A stretch of DNA of 64,000 bases from Lama guanicoe (Eukaryota), in NCBI GenBank assembly GCA_013239625.1, contig MU053156.1, positions 250,467 through 314,466 of the forward strand, in the 5' to 3' direction. This document shows, piece after piece, positions 13,346 to 25,784 of the stretch. The position numbers and the translations under genes are program-made. How positions within the stretch are numbered: the first letter of the stretch is position 1; each line of letters begins with the position of its first letter. The notes under the pieces were generated by a model. That model ran no database searches. It worked only from the letters and a program-made list of their open reading frames with translations, and was not told the origin of the DNA.

Positions 13346-13845
13346 TGTTACTGGACCCAACTTGGGTCTGCTGGCCACGTGAGTGCACAGGAAAGCCAGT
13401 CTACTGACAGTGGGGCTGTGAGGAAGGAAAATGCAACGTTTATTGCAGGGCTCCAAACACGGAGTCTAGGGCAGCTCATGCTCAAAATGACCAAACTCCC
13501 CAAGGGGTTTCAGCAAAGCATTTTTAAAGGCAAGGTGAGGAAGAGGAGTCCCAGCATTTGTGATCAGCTTGTGCACAATTCTGATTGGTTGATGGTCAGG
13601 TAACAGGGCAGTGTCACAGAGGTTAACATTAGCACTCTTTGGGTGCCAGTAGATCTGGCAGCTACATGCTTATGGTCATCAAGTAGTTTATTTCTTCCAC
13701 TTGGTGGGGGGTTTGGCATCTGTAAAACAACTCAGGAATGTGCCTCAGATACTATTATCTGGGTACTTCAGAGCGGAGGGAAAGCAGAGGGTGTCAGGGA
13801 GGGGGTCTGTCCCCAGAAGGCCCCACAGGGTCCTGCTCTGTTACA
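13346..13845 (-). mobile_element. Solo ERV LTR
   Basis: TGTTA...TTACA termini, AATAAA on the minus strand (tttatt near 13440), CCAAT box (gattgg). Confidence 0.75.
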
Positions 13846-14366
13846 ACCCCTCCTCTCACAACAAAATATACATCTTCAGAGCAAGAGGTCTCAGGGGCAG
13901 AAATGCCCTCTACCTCCTATACTGCTCTGGCGTCTTGTCCACTCCGCCTCTAGCCAACGGACCCTCAAAGTTTACTGGGCACCTCTGCCCCACCAGAGGA
14001 GAAGCTGCTACCCCAGCAAACTAGGGGCCTCAGTTACTCAGCAGGCCTAGAAAACTCAAGCACTGACTGCCCCAGCTGCACGCGTCCACCCTGCCAGGAG
14101 GCATAGAGCCTGGGTGGCACTCTGACCTGGGATCCTCGGCGGTGCCACACCCATTGCCTTTCTCTGGAGTACTTTTGGAATCTCGTCTCCCTCCCCCAGC
14201 AGAAATACCGGGCCTGAGGCCTGTAAGCGCTTCCCACCCCAACAGGCCTTGCCCACACAGCCACAGGGTCAGCCTTGCACAGACCTCCTACCCCGTGGGA
14301 AAAGCACGTAGGAGAGAGGAGTGGGGAGTCCTGCTTCTCAGCGCGACAGACTGGGAACAGGGACGG

Positions 14367-14535
14367 CGACTAAAGCGCCTCCAGGGGTCCAGGAGCACAG
14401 CACCCAGAATCCCATGTGTGGCCTGGGACTACAGTACCCAGCATCCTCAGCATGCCCCGTCCCCATCCGGGGACTACATACCCAGAATCCTTGGCGTGCC
14501 CCCATTCTTGGACTACAGCATCCAGAAATCCCAGC
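14367..14535 (+). promoter_or_regulatory. Cluster of ZNF143/THAP11-type ACTACAnnTCCCA(G)-like motifs
   Basis: GACTACAGTACCCAGCATCCT (14427), GACTACATACCCAGAATCC (14472), GACTACAGCATCCAGAAATCCC (14511), plus weaker copies near 14367 and 14395. Confidence 0.55.
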
Positions 14536-15014
14536 GTACCTGGTTGGTGGCCAGTCTGGCGCCACTGTTTCCTGCTCCAATTTTTTCCCTTGAAGGTGGG
14601 CAACCAGGACCCGTGAGCATGGGCCTGCAGTGGCCTGGGCAAACCGTGTGCCATGGGCCTGTTCCTGGTTAATGCAGGGCGGACTGAGGCCAGGGGACTC
14701 CCCCTGCTGCCGGCTGGACTTTATCTCTGTGCCCCTGTGGGGCCCTGAGTCCTCTCCCCTGCCATTGGGCTCTCATGGGACCAGTGATGGTCACCTGGCA
14801 CCAGAGGCATCTGCGACTCAACCCCAGGTTTCTGCCCAGCCCAGTCTTTGAACCTCTGTGACTTCCCTGCCAGCCCTAAGGCTTGAGAGCCATACCCGCT
14901 TCCGTCTGTTGGGAAGGCCTTTCCAGCTTAGCACTCTCTTGCTTCTCCCTCCTGGTTGTTACTGAATTGGTTGAGCCGGGGCCAGGACCCCTTGCCTAGG
15001 CCAGGAAGATTCTT

Positions 15015-15550
15015 TTTCCGATCAGATTCTCACAGCTGAGACAGATGAGACAGATGCTGAGACTGGAAGAGCACGAGCTTTATTCAATGGCCAAAGACTG
15101 GCAAAGTGGTAACCTAGCTCGCAAATAAAACATCTCAACCCAACTCGGTTGCAGACACCAAATATATAGGGGGGTCAAAGTGAAAGGTCTGCGAGGGTGC
15201 ATGGAGATTGGAAAGAGTGGGAGGAATATTAATGACTTAACAGGGATGTGGTTGGACCTGGCACTGATGCAACTCCTTTTCAATCCTTGTATGGGACTTT
15301 TGGGTTGTTGTCGTGGCAATTGTCAACTGTCATGGTGCTGGTGGGTATGTCATTTATCATGCTAATATATTACCGTGAGTATGTAATAAGGCTCAAGGTC
15401 GACTGGAAGTCAAATCTTCTGCAGTCTTGGGCCTAGTTGGTTGTAATAAGTTTTTGTGTTTTTCTCAATGCAGCTTCTTCCTAAAACATAGATAAGAGTA
15501 ATTGGGTTCCATTCAAGGAAGGGGCAGGGGTATGAACCTGGGGCAAAAGA
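15015..15550 (-). mobile_element. ERV LTR
   Basis: Minus-strand AATAAA (tttatt near 15080) and TATA-like box near 15165; LTR-like length and composition. Confidence 0.55.
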
Positions 15551-15559
15551 GTGATATTT

Positions 15560-17250
15560 CAACATTTTGATCTATCTTGTGCCTTTTCTGTTGTATGAAA
15601 AATTCTGAAGTTGTATGATTTTGAAAAAAAATCAAAATTGCATGTGTTTTTAAAATTAAACTTGAGAGTCTACAGTCTTTAGGAATATTCACTAGCTACT
15701 TAGAACTCCTTATTTGATATAAGTGGGACAAATCTCAGACAATGAGATTTTTGTCTGGTTGCATTGTGTAACGTCTTCTGAGGTACCAGAAGACATTTGA
15801 TATTTCTGCTGTCTTAGCAAAGGACTTTCCACTCACATATGTTTCCCTGACCATGCCCTGCATTTTATGTTTGTTTAGAATCCTTTTTTTCCAGGGGGAG
15901 GTAATAAAGGTTATTTTGGGAGATACAGTTAAACAAAATTAAAATCATGTACATTAGCAACATAACTCAACATCCTTAACTTGGTATAAGAGTAACACAT
16001 TTTCTTGCTTTCCTGTATTCTGTTAAATCACCATAAGCTAACAGGTAAGCTGAATTTCATCTTCACTGTTTTGCTTATGCTCTGATGCCAAACCAAACTT
16101 TTCATAAGTTTCTTTGATCTCTGAGTCCATCTCATCATCAATATCATCCAAGTATGTATCACCAGCCCCTGATAAATCTGTTCCATTTTCTTTTTAATCT
16201 GGAAAAAAAAAGTCTTCTCTTTTAAGTAATTCTCAATATTTCCCTTGATAATCTGAATCAACTGCAGGGAAAGGAATGCCATCAGATGTGTAGGATTTTG
16301 GTTCACTCATAAAATAGTCTCATCTTCAGGTGCTGCTTCTCTGTTGAGGTTGCATGGATTCTACCCCAGTTACTTGAGCAGAGTTCTACAAGATTCTTGA
16401 GCATCTGATTTACATCTCTGTGGCCATTTGCATCTAGGATGACGCTTTTCAATTCTTTACATAATTTCTTGGATACCAATCTTTCCTTTTTCCTTCCAGT
16501 ATCTTCCCAGGTGACCCTGTCAACTTCAGTAACAGTACTGCACACATTAAGTTGTTGTCCAGAGGGTTAGAAAAAAGGGCATCCAGCATCTCCTGAAGAG
16601 GACCTGCTGTCATAACCTGGTCCATTTGTTCCCTTGACCTCCAGGTTAAGATAAATTTCTTCCAATAAGAGTAAAAATGCATGGAATCATTTTCAAGTCA
16701 CTTCATTTTTTTTTTGCATCTTGTTTCTTGACTTCATAATAATTCTGATATCTTTAAAGTAGGAATTGGTGGAAACTGCCACTCTCTGAAAGTTGCCAGT
16801 TGCTAGGTCTCATGTAAGAGGATTTGAGATAGACGTGGCCTGTTTTGTTTTGTTTTGTTTTGTTTTGTTTTGTTTTGTCATGGCCTGTTGATACATGACT
16901 TCTCCATGTTCTTGCAGAACATCATCTATTGTAACACAGCCATTCACAGTGTCTGCAAACCATTCAGTTTCAGTTTCCAAACCTATGAAATGGTTTGTAA
17001 GATGACTGAAAAAGTCCTGAACATATTCATACAGAGTGGGATAATCCTGACAAGCATCCTCATAGGATTCTGTATAATTAGAGGAACAAATTAGAGGGTA
17101 AAATTCGGGGCATTCACAGACAGCTTTGACATGAATAAGGAGCCACAACCACCCGGGGCTTGGCCAGCGCTGACCCCGAGTTCTGCCGTGGCGTGTCAGC
17201 CTGTGAACTCAGTTCGTTCCCAGGAGGGCTCTCTTACAGGGTGGTTCTCA
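15560..17250 (-). pseudogene. PAIP1: Processed pseudogene of poly(A)-binding protein-interacting protein 1
   Basis: Intronless with several frameshifts. Peptides PEFYP..SSNYTESYEDACQDYPTLYEYVQDF, LDALFSNPLDNNLMCAVLLLKLTG and VILDANGHRDVNQMLKNLVELCSSNWGRIHATST match recalled PAIP1. Ancestral stop at 16065-16063, followed by probable 3' UTR down to ~15560. Confidence 0.92.
16841..16878. repeat. (TGTTT)n microsatellite inside the PAIP1 pseudogene
   Basis: Directly visible; flanked by a 9-bp direct repeat TGGCCTGTT. Confidence 0.9.
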
Positions 17251-17429
17251 GCGAGAAGCGCCTATAGTCCGTTTCTAAATTTTAGTATTTTATGTTATCT
17301 GGAGCGACAGGGAATTGCCCAAGTCCTGGCCCCTTTTTGTTTAATGGTCCTTTTAGCTGTTTCTCTCTCTCCTTTTTGCCATTTAGTTTAAGCAGCAAGG
17401 AGGCAGCAGCCAGGAGACACTCAGGACTT

Positions 17430-18620
17430 TCTGGAAATCTTAACTAGTTCACCCAATGCTTGGGCTCATTTTGAATTTTCCACATTACTGTAGGAACACT
17501 TTTACTAAACTTTCTGACACGATATAACAAAGACCCTCTTTCCTCTAGTTTGTAGTCAGATTTTTTGATTCTGCCCTTTAAGTCCTCACCAACAGCCTCC
17601 TCAAAATATGGACTTCTGTTGATAGTACGTTCACACCAAGTCAAGCTTTCACTGACACTTCTGAAATTCTTTTCGCTTTCTCCCGCTGCCTGATACCAAA
17701 GCTACTCCCACATTTTAGGTTTTTGTTATGACAACCCACTGCTATAGGTAACAAAACCTGTATGAATTATGTAATGCTGCTTAACAAATTACCATGCGGT
17801 TTGTCAACTTAGAAACACTTACGTTCTCCCACAGTTTCTGTGGGTTCAGTATCTGGGAGGGGGTTAGCTGGGTGGTTCTGATTCATGACCTCTCATGAGG
17901 TTGCAGCCAAGTCATCATCATTATGGTCTGGTCCTGGAGGATCTGCCTCTAAGGTGAGTGTTACTCCTTTGCCTGGTACATTATTGCTGGTGGAGGGCAG
18001 TTCCTCCTGGTTCCCTGCGTGTGTTTGCTTGCGTGTGCTCAGTGTGTGGCTCCAGGCAGCCCCCCGAGTCTGTGAACCGAGAGGGACAGCAAGGAGGAAT
18101 ATCCTGTGCTTTACACCTGTTCTCCAAAGTTCCAACCATCACATGCTTTAAAATTTTTATTTTTAGTTTTTAACACCTTTACTGTGGTATGGTTCCTGTA
18201 CAGCAAACTACACATATTTCAAATGTACAATCTGATGAATTTTGATAGATGTATGAACCCGTGAAACCACCACCACAATAAAGACAGCTACCATTTCCAT
18301 CACTCCCCAAGAAGTGCAAATTTTGAGCTCCTGATTTATCCCTTCCCACCCCGCTTACCCCCTGGTAACCATAAGTTTGTTCTCTATGTTTGTGAGTCTG
18401 TTTCTGTTTTGTCATTAAGTTCATTTGTGTCCTTTTTTTTTTTTTAAGATTTCACATATAAGCGATATCATATAGCATTTTTCTTTCTGTTTCTGGCTAT
18501 TTCACATGACTTTTTGTTTGTTAAATGCAAAACTCCAAATTCAGCCCACACTCCAAGGTAGAGGAATTAGGCTCCCCCTCTTGAAGAAATGATCAAGGAA
18601 CTTGTGGGCCTATTTAAACC
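17430..18620 (-). mobile_element. MaLR (MLT1-type) LTR plus internal fragment, interrupted by L1 3' pieces at ~18160-18505
   Basis: MLT1 motifs taacaaattacc, cacagtttctgtggg, ttagctgggtggttctg and ctcatgaggttgcag. Confidence 0.65.
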
Positions 18621-19107
18621 ATCAAGCAGGACCATTTTATATCTCTTTCCTCAAGGGTCACAGTCTTTTCTGCCTGATGTGCAGTTTCTGAAAACACTTG
18701 CTTCATATACTTGGTCACTCTTCTAGTTGCCGATGGCAACGGGCTAGTCTCCTGCTGGCTGTATCAGAGATCTCAGCGTACTGCTTTGGACCTTACGTGC
18801 AGATTTTCTTCTTTCTGGCTTCAATTTCCTCACCTTTAAAGTGAAAATTTTTGACATAAGAAGAGACAGCAACAGAAAGATATTGTTTTGCTCTCTGCTT
18901 CCATTCCCAAAGCATTCAATTGTTTCCTTATTTACCTTTGAGTCTCCTTAGACTTGGGAAGAGAATGTTAAGTAGCAGCAATAGTCTACTTTATCATATA
19001 AATTATCTGCCCTTTTATCGTACAAATTATCTAACATTTGACTCTGGCTGCCTACTGCCTAACACAGGCCCAGGCATTACAACAGGCACCAATAGAAGTG
19101 TGAACAA

Positions 19108-19715
19108 CTCCTGGGCATATATCCAGAGGGAACTTTAATTTGGAAAGACACCTGCACCCCAATGTTCATAGCAGCACTATTTACAATAGCCAGGATATGG
19201 AAACAACCTAAATGTCCATCAACAGATGGCTGGTTAAAGAAGTTGTAGTATATTCATACAATAGGATACTTCTCAGCCATTAAAAAAAATACAATAATGC
19301 CACTTGCAGCAACATGGGTGGACCTGGAGATTATAATTTTAAGTGAAGTAAGCCAGAAAGAGAAAGAAAAATACCCTATGATGTCACTTATATGTGGAAT
19401 ATTTTTTAAAAAGACAAATGAACGTATTTACAAAACAGAAACAGATACAGACATAGAAAACAAACTTACAGAAATGAAGCGGGGAAAGGGAGTGGAAAGG
19501 GATAAGTTGGGAGTTTGAGACTTGCAGATACTAACTGCTATATATACAAAAAAAAATAAGGTTCTACTGTAAAGCACAGGGAACTATATTCAATATCCTG
19601 CAGTAAGAATATATGAAAAGGAATATATGTATGCATATGTATGAATGACCTGTTATGCTGTGCACCAGAGATTGACACAGCATTGTAAACGGACTATACT
19701 TCAATTAAATAAAAG
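19108..19715 (+). mobile_element. 5'-truncated L1 (ORF2 end, 3' UTR, A-rich tail)
   Basis: MPLAATWVDLEIIILSEVSQKEKEKY L1 ORF2 C-terminal peptide; ends gactatacttcaattaaataaaa. Confidence 0.9.
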
Positions 19716-19989
19716 TGTGAATGACTCGGTACTGCTCTCTTTCTCTGACTTGTACTAGCTCTGGAATGTGAGCACAAGGAATAGGGCAATACAGAAGTAC
19801 GACAGGGGCTGGGACGCTGGCTCAGGGAGATGTAGCTCTGGAAAGGTGTGTGCAGCTCACGTCTTACTGTTAAAGAAAACTGATTATGGTCCGGACGCCG
19901 ATACTTCTCCATTTGTGTGCTCTATGGAACCATGTTTGGGAAGTATTGGAAAGGGGCTCCCAGGCCCCATTTGATACTTTCACACTTGT

Positions 19990-20420
19990 AGATGTCTAAT
20001 GAAAAAAAGCACAACCTAAAAGTTGAGAATTATGTTTTATTTGGGGATGTGGCTGAGGACTGTAGCCTGGAAACAGCTCCTCGTGTAGCTCTGAGGAACT
20101 GTTTCAAAGAGGTAAGGGAGGAGCCAGGTTATATAAGAGTTTTTGTTGAAAAAAAAAGAATTTGAACATTACAATATTATTGCTAATAATGAAAAACATA
20201 CACTTCAGGTTAAGGATTTTAGTGTTTGTCTGTGTATGGGAAGATTCAATAATCTGGGCTCATTGAAATTATTCCTTTGATATGCACCTTAACTGTCTAG
20301 GGTCAGTATCTTGGTTTTTCTTATTTTTTTAAATCCTAAATTCCCCTCAGGGTGCACCTTTGGGAAGGGGCTGCTGATGTGGCTGATGGCTTGATGGAAG
20401 CCTAATCTGTTGTCTACATG
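19990..20420 (-). mobile_element. ERV1-type LTR
   Basis: Minus-strand poly(A) signal and TATA; motif gctctgaggaactgtttcaaagaggtaagggaggagccagg. Confidence 0.6.
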
Positions 20421-22302
20421 GACCTGTACCCATGTTATTATGTCTGCACACATAATCTGTGTCTGTACATGATGAGTGATCTTTTTCTCTTCTTCTGGGC
20501 CCTAAAACATCCCACCAAAGGGATTTATGGTAGGTTGACTCTTGGTCTGTTTCCTGGGAATAGAAGCCATTCTGACATGGTAATTGATAGCTGTAGTCAT
20601 TCCTCAGAAATTTCTGCTTATATTCAGATAAGGGGAGCTCCAAGAAGGCTTTTTTCTGCATCTAAATCTCAGGTATCTTCAGCTTAAAGATATACCAACT
20701 ATGGGGTTCCACCTGGCTTTCCATGCCTCCAAATTTGTTCTTTTTCAGGATTCCTTGATCTATTCTGAGCCCCTTGCCTTTTCTATATCAGTTTTAGATT
20801 GCTTGTCAATTTCTGCAAAACACCACCTGGCATTTTGGGAGGACAAGCTGACAGTCACCATGGCACAAGGAAAGTGGGGGACTGGGAAACCCCAGGTGTC
20901 TAGGCTCAGCAACAAGGGAAGGCGGGGCTGCCTCCTGGGGTGCGGGGAGTGGCAGGATCACAGCCCTGTGAGGGGCCTGTCAGTCTCAAGGTGAGAGGGG
21001 GACACAGTGGTTGGACAGATGCATTTGGCCTGAGAGAGGGGTCTGGGGGAAAGAGAGAGCCCAGATGGCAGGTGGATTACAGCAGACTTTGATTACTTTT
21101 CCTTTGTAAGTAAACTGTCACTTCTGCCTTGAAGTTTGACACCTATTTTTCTATGCGTCAATCTAGCTTGATCAATCTAGCTAGAGAGTTAATATGCAGG
21201 CCCTTTCTCCAGCTCAGAGAAATACGCTACTATTTGATTAATTATTGCTTCTCCTCCGTGTGTTCTTTTTACTCTTTCTAGAGCTGCTATCATTCAAGGG
21301 TTAGACCAACTCAGTCTATTCTCCCAGATACTCAGCTTTCTTCACCATGTCATTGCCTAATTCATCCACTAAATTCTTCAAGAAATAACCCATGAGCTCC
21401 TGCTGTAGGTAGTTATTCTTCCGGGTAGATGCATATTTTGATGAACAAATCCCTTTCCCTCACGTGGTTTATCTTTTAGTGAGAGATGACAGAAAATAAA
21501 AATTAGGTGTATTTCGAGAGCAACATAAAGCAAATGAAAGTGGACAGGAAGCACTGGTAGTTGCTTTTTTCCCAAAGTTTGCCAATGACAGCTTCATGGG
21601 CAAATGACCATGAGCCCGGCAGAAATTTATAGTAAGAGTCACGTATACAGCATGGAGGTCAAAGCAGATCCCCATCTCTTTATTTTTAACTCCGCTTTAA
21701 AATAGTTCTTCCATTGAAACATTCTAGATTGCTGTAACTTGAATCACTATTTCCTTTGGATTTGTAAAATTAACTGTTTAATTGAAAAGTATGGTTTGTA
21801 ACTGCAGCCTGGTTGTGTACATGTAATGTCTTTGCTCTCCTTTTGAAACTCTTTACATATTTTAACTATAGTTATCTAAGTTGTCCTCTCTTTCCTCCAG
21901 AGAATCTAATCCCCTCAAATTGTATCCATTTTATTCTAACTCATTTTTATCCCTTCTGTCCTAAATTCAAAACTGAGTTGATCCTTTGTGGCAAAAGAGA
22001 CGAATACCTAAGCAGACTGATTCTGACCCACCCTCACATAGTCATTGTGTACTGATAACGTAGCCACTCTCTTCTGGTTATTGTCCCACTGTTCCTTATA
22101 CTAACTTACAAATGCTTACTTAGCTGACAAAGTCAGAAAAGTCTGCAGAAATTGCTCTGTTGAGAGAGGCTAAGACCTAACTCATTTTAGTCACACAAGG
22201 TTTCCACCAACCATTTTGGTCAAAGAAGGCAGTTGCTTTAATTATGAGGAGAGAAATAAGAAACCCATTTCAGATAGTTATTTTTCTAGAATATCCAATG
22301 GA

Positions 22303-22632
22303 TAGTTGAGAGACCAAGCAACACTTGGAGGGTTGGAGTACTCAGGTTTATTTCACCTGCGGGCCCAGAGGAGTTAACACTCCAAGCTCTGGACCCCATT
22401 TGTAGGTTTACACAGGCTTTTATAGAGTTTTAGGTTTCGATTAAGTTTGTACCATATGCAAATGAGGTGTTAGAAATGGGCCAATCAGGAGTGAGCTACT
22501 GAGAACAAATGGAATTTTAGGGGTAAGTTTCATCTTCCTACAAGCAAGCAGCTTTACAGAAGCACAAAAATGGGAAGGCAATGGCCCTGCCTGGGAGGTC
22601 TTGCTGGTCCTTTTGTGGGTTTTTCCCCTTCA
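22303..22632 (-). mobile_element. Short solo ERV LTR
   Basis: On - it begins TGAAGGGG, has a CCAAT element, then TATAAAA and AATAAA, and ends ctctcaac. Confidence 0.6.
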
Positions 22633-24249
22633 TAAGTATTAGGAAACAGAAAATATTTTGGGGAGACTAGAGGGTAAGTGGGATATAAATGATTATAATG
22701 AATAGGTTTAAGGTATTATTTTCAGTGGTAAAAAGGGAGATAATATATGGAAAAGTAGAGAGGAATTGCAAAGATACACATAAAGGAAGAAAAGATAGAC
22801 AATGAAAATAAAATATCTCAGTGAAAAAGCTAGGAGAAAAGAAAGAAAACAACTTTATCTTCTCCCTCTTTTTTTTTTCTCAAGATGATTTCCTATAACT
22901 GCCTTAAATGCATCTCCATTATTAGGTTGCATTTTTGTCAGTTAGGCCAATACTTATTGGACAATAGGCTTTACTCTCTTTCTTGGACAGAGTACCCCAA
23001 ACTTTGTTCAATTACCAATGGAATACATGCTACTCATTTTAATGAGAAGTGTCAGGCCATGTTGGGGACACAGCATCCAGCAAGGCAGAATAATGTCAGC
23101 AACACCAGAGCAAAATGGCATCACTGGCATTGTGGTAAATCCTTCAGTAACACAGAAATCCTACCATTAGTTGCAGCTGCTTTTTTTTTAAGTGTAGAGA
23201 ATTCATAAAATGAAATAAAAAACCAGTGAATATAAACATTTAATATATTTCAAATACAAGTTGTTAGAATAGACGTTTTTTCAAAATATCAAGGAAATCA
23301 TAAATTTCATAAAATAAAACAATGTGTAGTGCTATTATAACAAGTGACTGGTAGAAAATTATTGAGGCACTGCATTAACTAATGAAGTAACCATAAAACA
23401 TAGAACAAAACAAAGAAACTTGAAAATTAAATATTATTTGATTTTTTAAACAAGCTTGCTTCAAAGACAGTATGCATCAAAGACAGTGTCCCTTTTGGAT
23501 ACTTAGTATATTCTTGCTTAAAAGTGTCCAGCTGCTGAAATAGCTCTTTCAAACTCAATACTATTCCTGGAAATTGAAAGGAGATAGTTGTAAAGTAACT
23601 CAAAATTGTTTTCTCTGATTCTGTAATCTTGAAATATTCTTATCACTTGTTTGAGGACTTGGAGGAGGTTCTTGGTACATTCTTTTTTCTGGGAACTGAA
23701 CCATTCTATTATAAGTAAGACGTAATTTTTGTCTCAAATAGAGCATTGTGTTTACTTTTGTCATCTTTGGATTCATCACGTATAAACAAAGATTCTGATG
23801 CAGGGTTACTTGTATCAATTTCAACACTGTCGTGTTCCACTTCTTAGAAAAAGCGTTTGAAGTAAATAAAAACATTCTTAAAACAGAAGCTTTGCAATAC
23901 TGCTGGATCCTCAGACTGAGACTCTTACGGGCACAGACAAATGTATAACAATAGATCACTCATTTCATCAATTTATCTTTTTGGCATAAACTGGACAACT
24001 GAGTCACTATCCAGATCTCAAGACATGAAGCATCATGTTTCATAGGTTCTTCAAACCTTAAAATGAATTTATTAGACCAAGTCTCTGTATTTTGTCTATT
24101 CAAATGAGCATGATATACTTCAATCCTAGGAGACAGAAAGTCAGTATTAAAAATATTAAAACCAAAATGTCTCTGGCTTACTGTGTGCTTAGACTGTGGC
24201 ACAGAAAATCATAAATGCATAAAACATAATTATAGACTGTGATAAGGGC

Positions 24250-25330
24250 TATAAAATCCAAAAAATAAGGACAGGTTAAAGTAGAGAGAGTAGTTGAGAA
24301 GAGCTATTTTTGGAATGTTTATTAAACACAACTGGAAATACACCTTTGAGGAGATGATATTTGAGTAAAACTCTAAATGAAATGAACACTGAGTACCATA
24401 ATTTCTGGTTAAAATGTTCCATAGATAGAAAACCAACACATACAGGGATTTGAAGTAGATGCTTAAGGTATTCAAGAACCTTCTTGTAGACCACAGGGGC
24501 TGAAACTGAGTAATCAGAGGCACCGTAGTAGAAGGTAATGGTGGAGGGAAAGGCAGAGACAAAATACAGCCAGCACGATACGCATTTAAAGTACTTTAAA
24601 TTTTATTTAAATGTTACAGGAACCCAGTGAGGGAGAGTGGCAGGGGAGTAACATGATTTTAAAACAAATACAGTCTCTTGTGTACAAAAGAGATGATAAG
24701 GAAGAAAAAACATTTCTGTTCTGCTTTATCTGTAGCTCTCACCATTCAAATGATGGCAATTCGGCCTTTTACTTGCTCAGCTGAAAACTATAGAGTCATT
24801 AATTATACTCTTTTTAACTCAAACCAGTATAAGGGACTATCCTATCAAGTCCATCTTAAAGCTCTCTCCAGAATCTAGCCACTTCTTACACGGCCCCTCT
24901 CCCATCCTGCTTTGAATCGCTATCTTCTCCTGCTCAGAGCACTGCATTAGCTCTTAACTGAGCTCTTCGCATCGGTCTGTCCTTCTCTACAGTTGTTCTT
25001 CAACATGGCAGCCAAAGCATCGCTTTAAAGTATAAGCAAAATAATTCACCCACTTGCCAGCAACACTGCTGTGCTTCCTATTCACCTTAGGGTAAAAGTC
25101 AGTGACCTGAAAATGGCATTTGCGGTCAGCACCTGCCCGCCGCTCCAGTTTCCTGTCCATCCACACTGCTTCCCCTTGTCTTCCCCTGACCTGTCACACC
25201 AGCCTCATTAGTAGGATCTGAATAGACCGGGGACTTGGCATTGGGTGCTCCCTCTGCTGTGGACACTCGAGACAGTGGTGTGTCCGGTCACCTCACTCAA
25301 GCCACCGCCCAGACACTCGCTTTCTCAATG
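24250..25330. mobile_element. L2 LINE fragments
   Basis: L2-like motifs ccagaatctagccacttctta, gcactgcattagctcttaactg and cacactgcttcc. Confidence 0.5.
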
Positions 25331-25619
25331 AGACATTCACTCACCATCCTACGTACACTTGAATGGGGAGTCAAAGCAGGGAAGGAACATGGGAGGCTAA
25401 TGAGATTTCCAGATGAGAAGTTTTGGTAGTTTTAACAAGAGAGTCAACTTTGTAATGATAAAAATGTTCATATGCGTGATACATATTTATGAGGAACTTA
25501 AAAGATTTACTGATATACCAGAAGTAGGCTGAAAGACAAAGAAATGAAAGAAACCATGGGTCAAATAAAGAACACTGACAGAAAAGCAAGTTTAATCCTG
25601 GGATTAAAAATCAACCACA

Positions 25620-25784
25620 GGGGAGGTATAGCTCAAGTGGTAGAGCGAATGCTTAGCATACACAAGGTCCTGGGTTCTATCCTGAGTACCTCCTCTAAAA
25701 ATAAATAAACAAACCTAATTACCTCCCCCACCAAAAACAAACAAACAAACAAAAACCACCACCACCAAAAACAAAAAACCAAGC
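25620..25784 (+). mobile_element. tRNA-derived SINE (camelid vic-1-like)
   Basis: A box TAGCTCAAGTGG, B box GGTTCTATCC, A/C-rich tail; 12-bp target-site duplication AAAAATCAACCA at 25606-25617 and 25785-25796. Confidence 0.85.

Noticed and set aside
14367..14535. CRISPR-like repeat-spacer appearance
   Set aside because: Eukaryotic context, degenerate and unevenly spaced units, and no cas genes; better explained as transcription-factor motifs.
16063..17250. Functional PAIP1 retrogene
   Set aside because: Multiple frameshifts and a deletion break the frame into short pieces.
21100..21500. Possible additional EYS exon
   Set aside because: No EGF-like peptide in the frames I translated; it resembles an ancient antisense L1 fragment.
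25620..25692. Possible tRNA gene
   Set aside because: It continues into a SINE body and A-rich tail with a target-site duplication, and the stems are imperfect; it is a SINE head.
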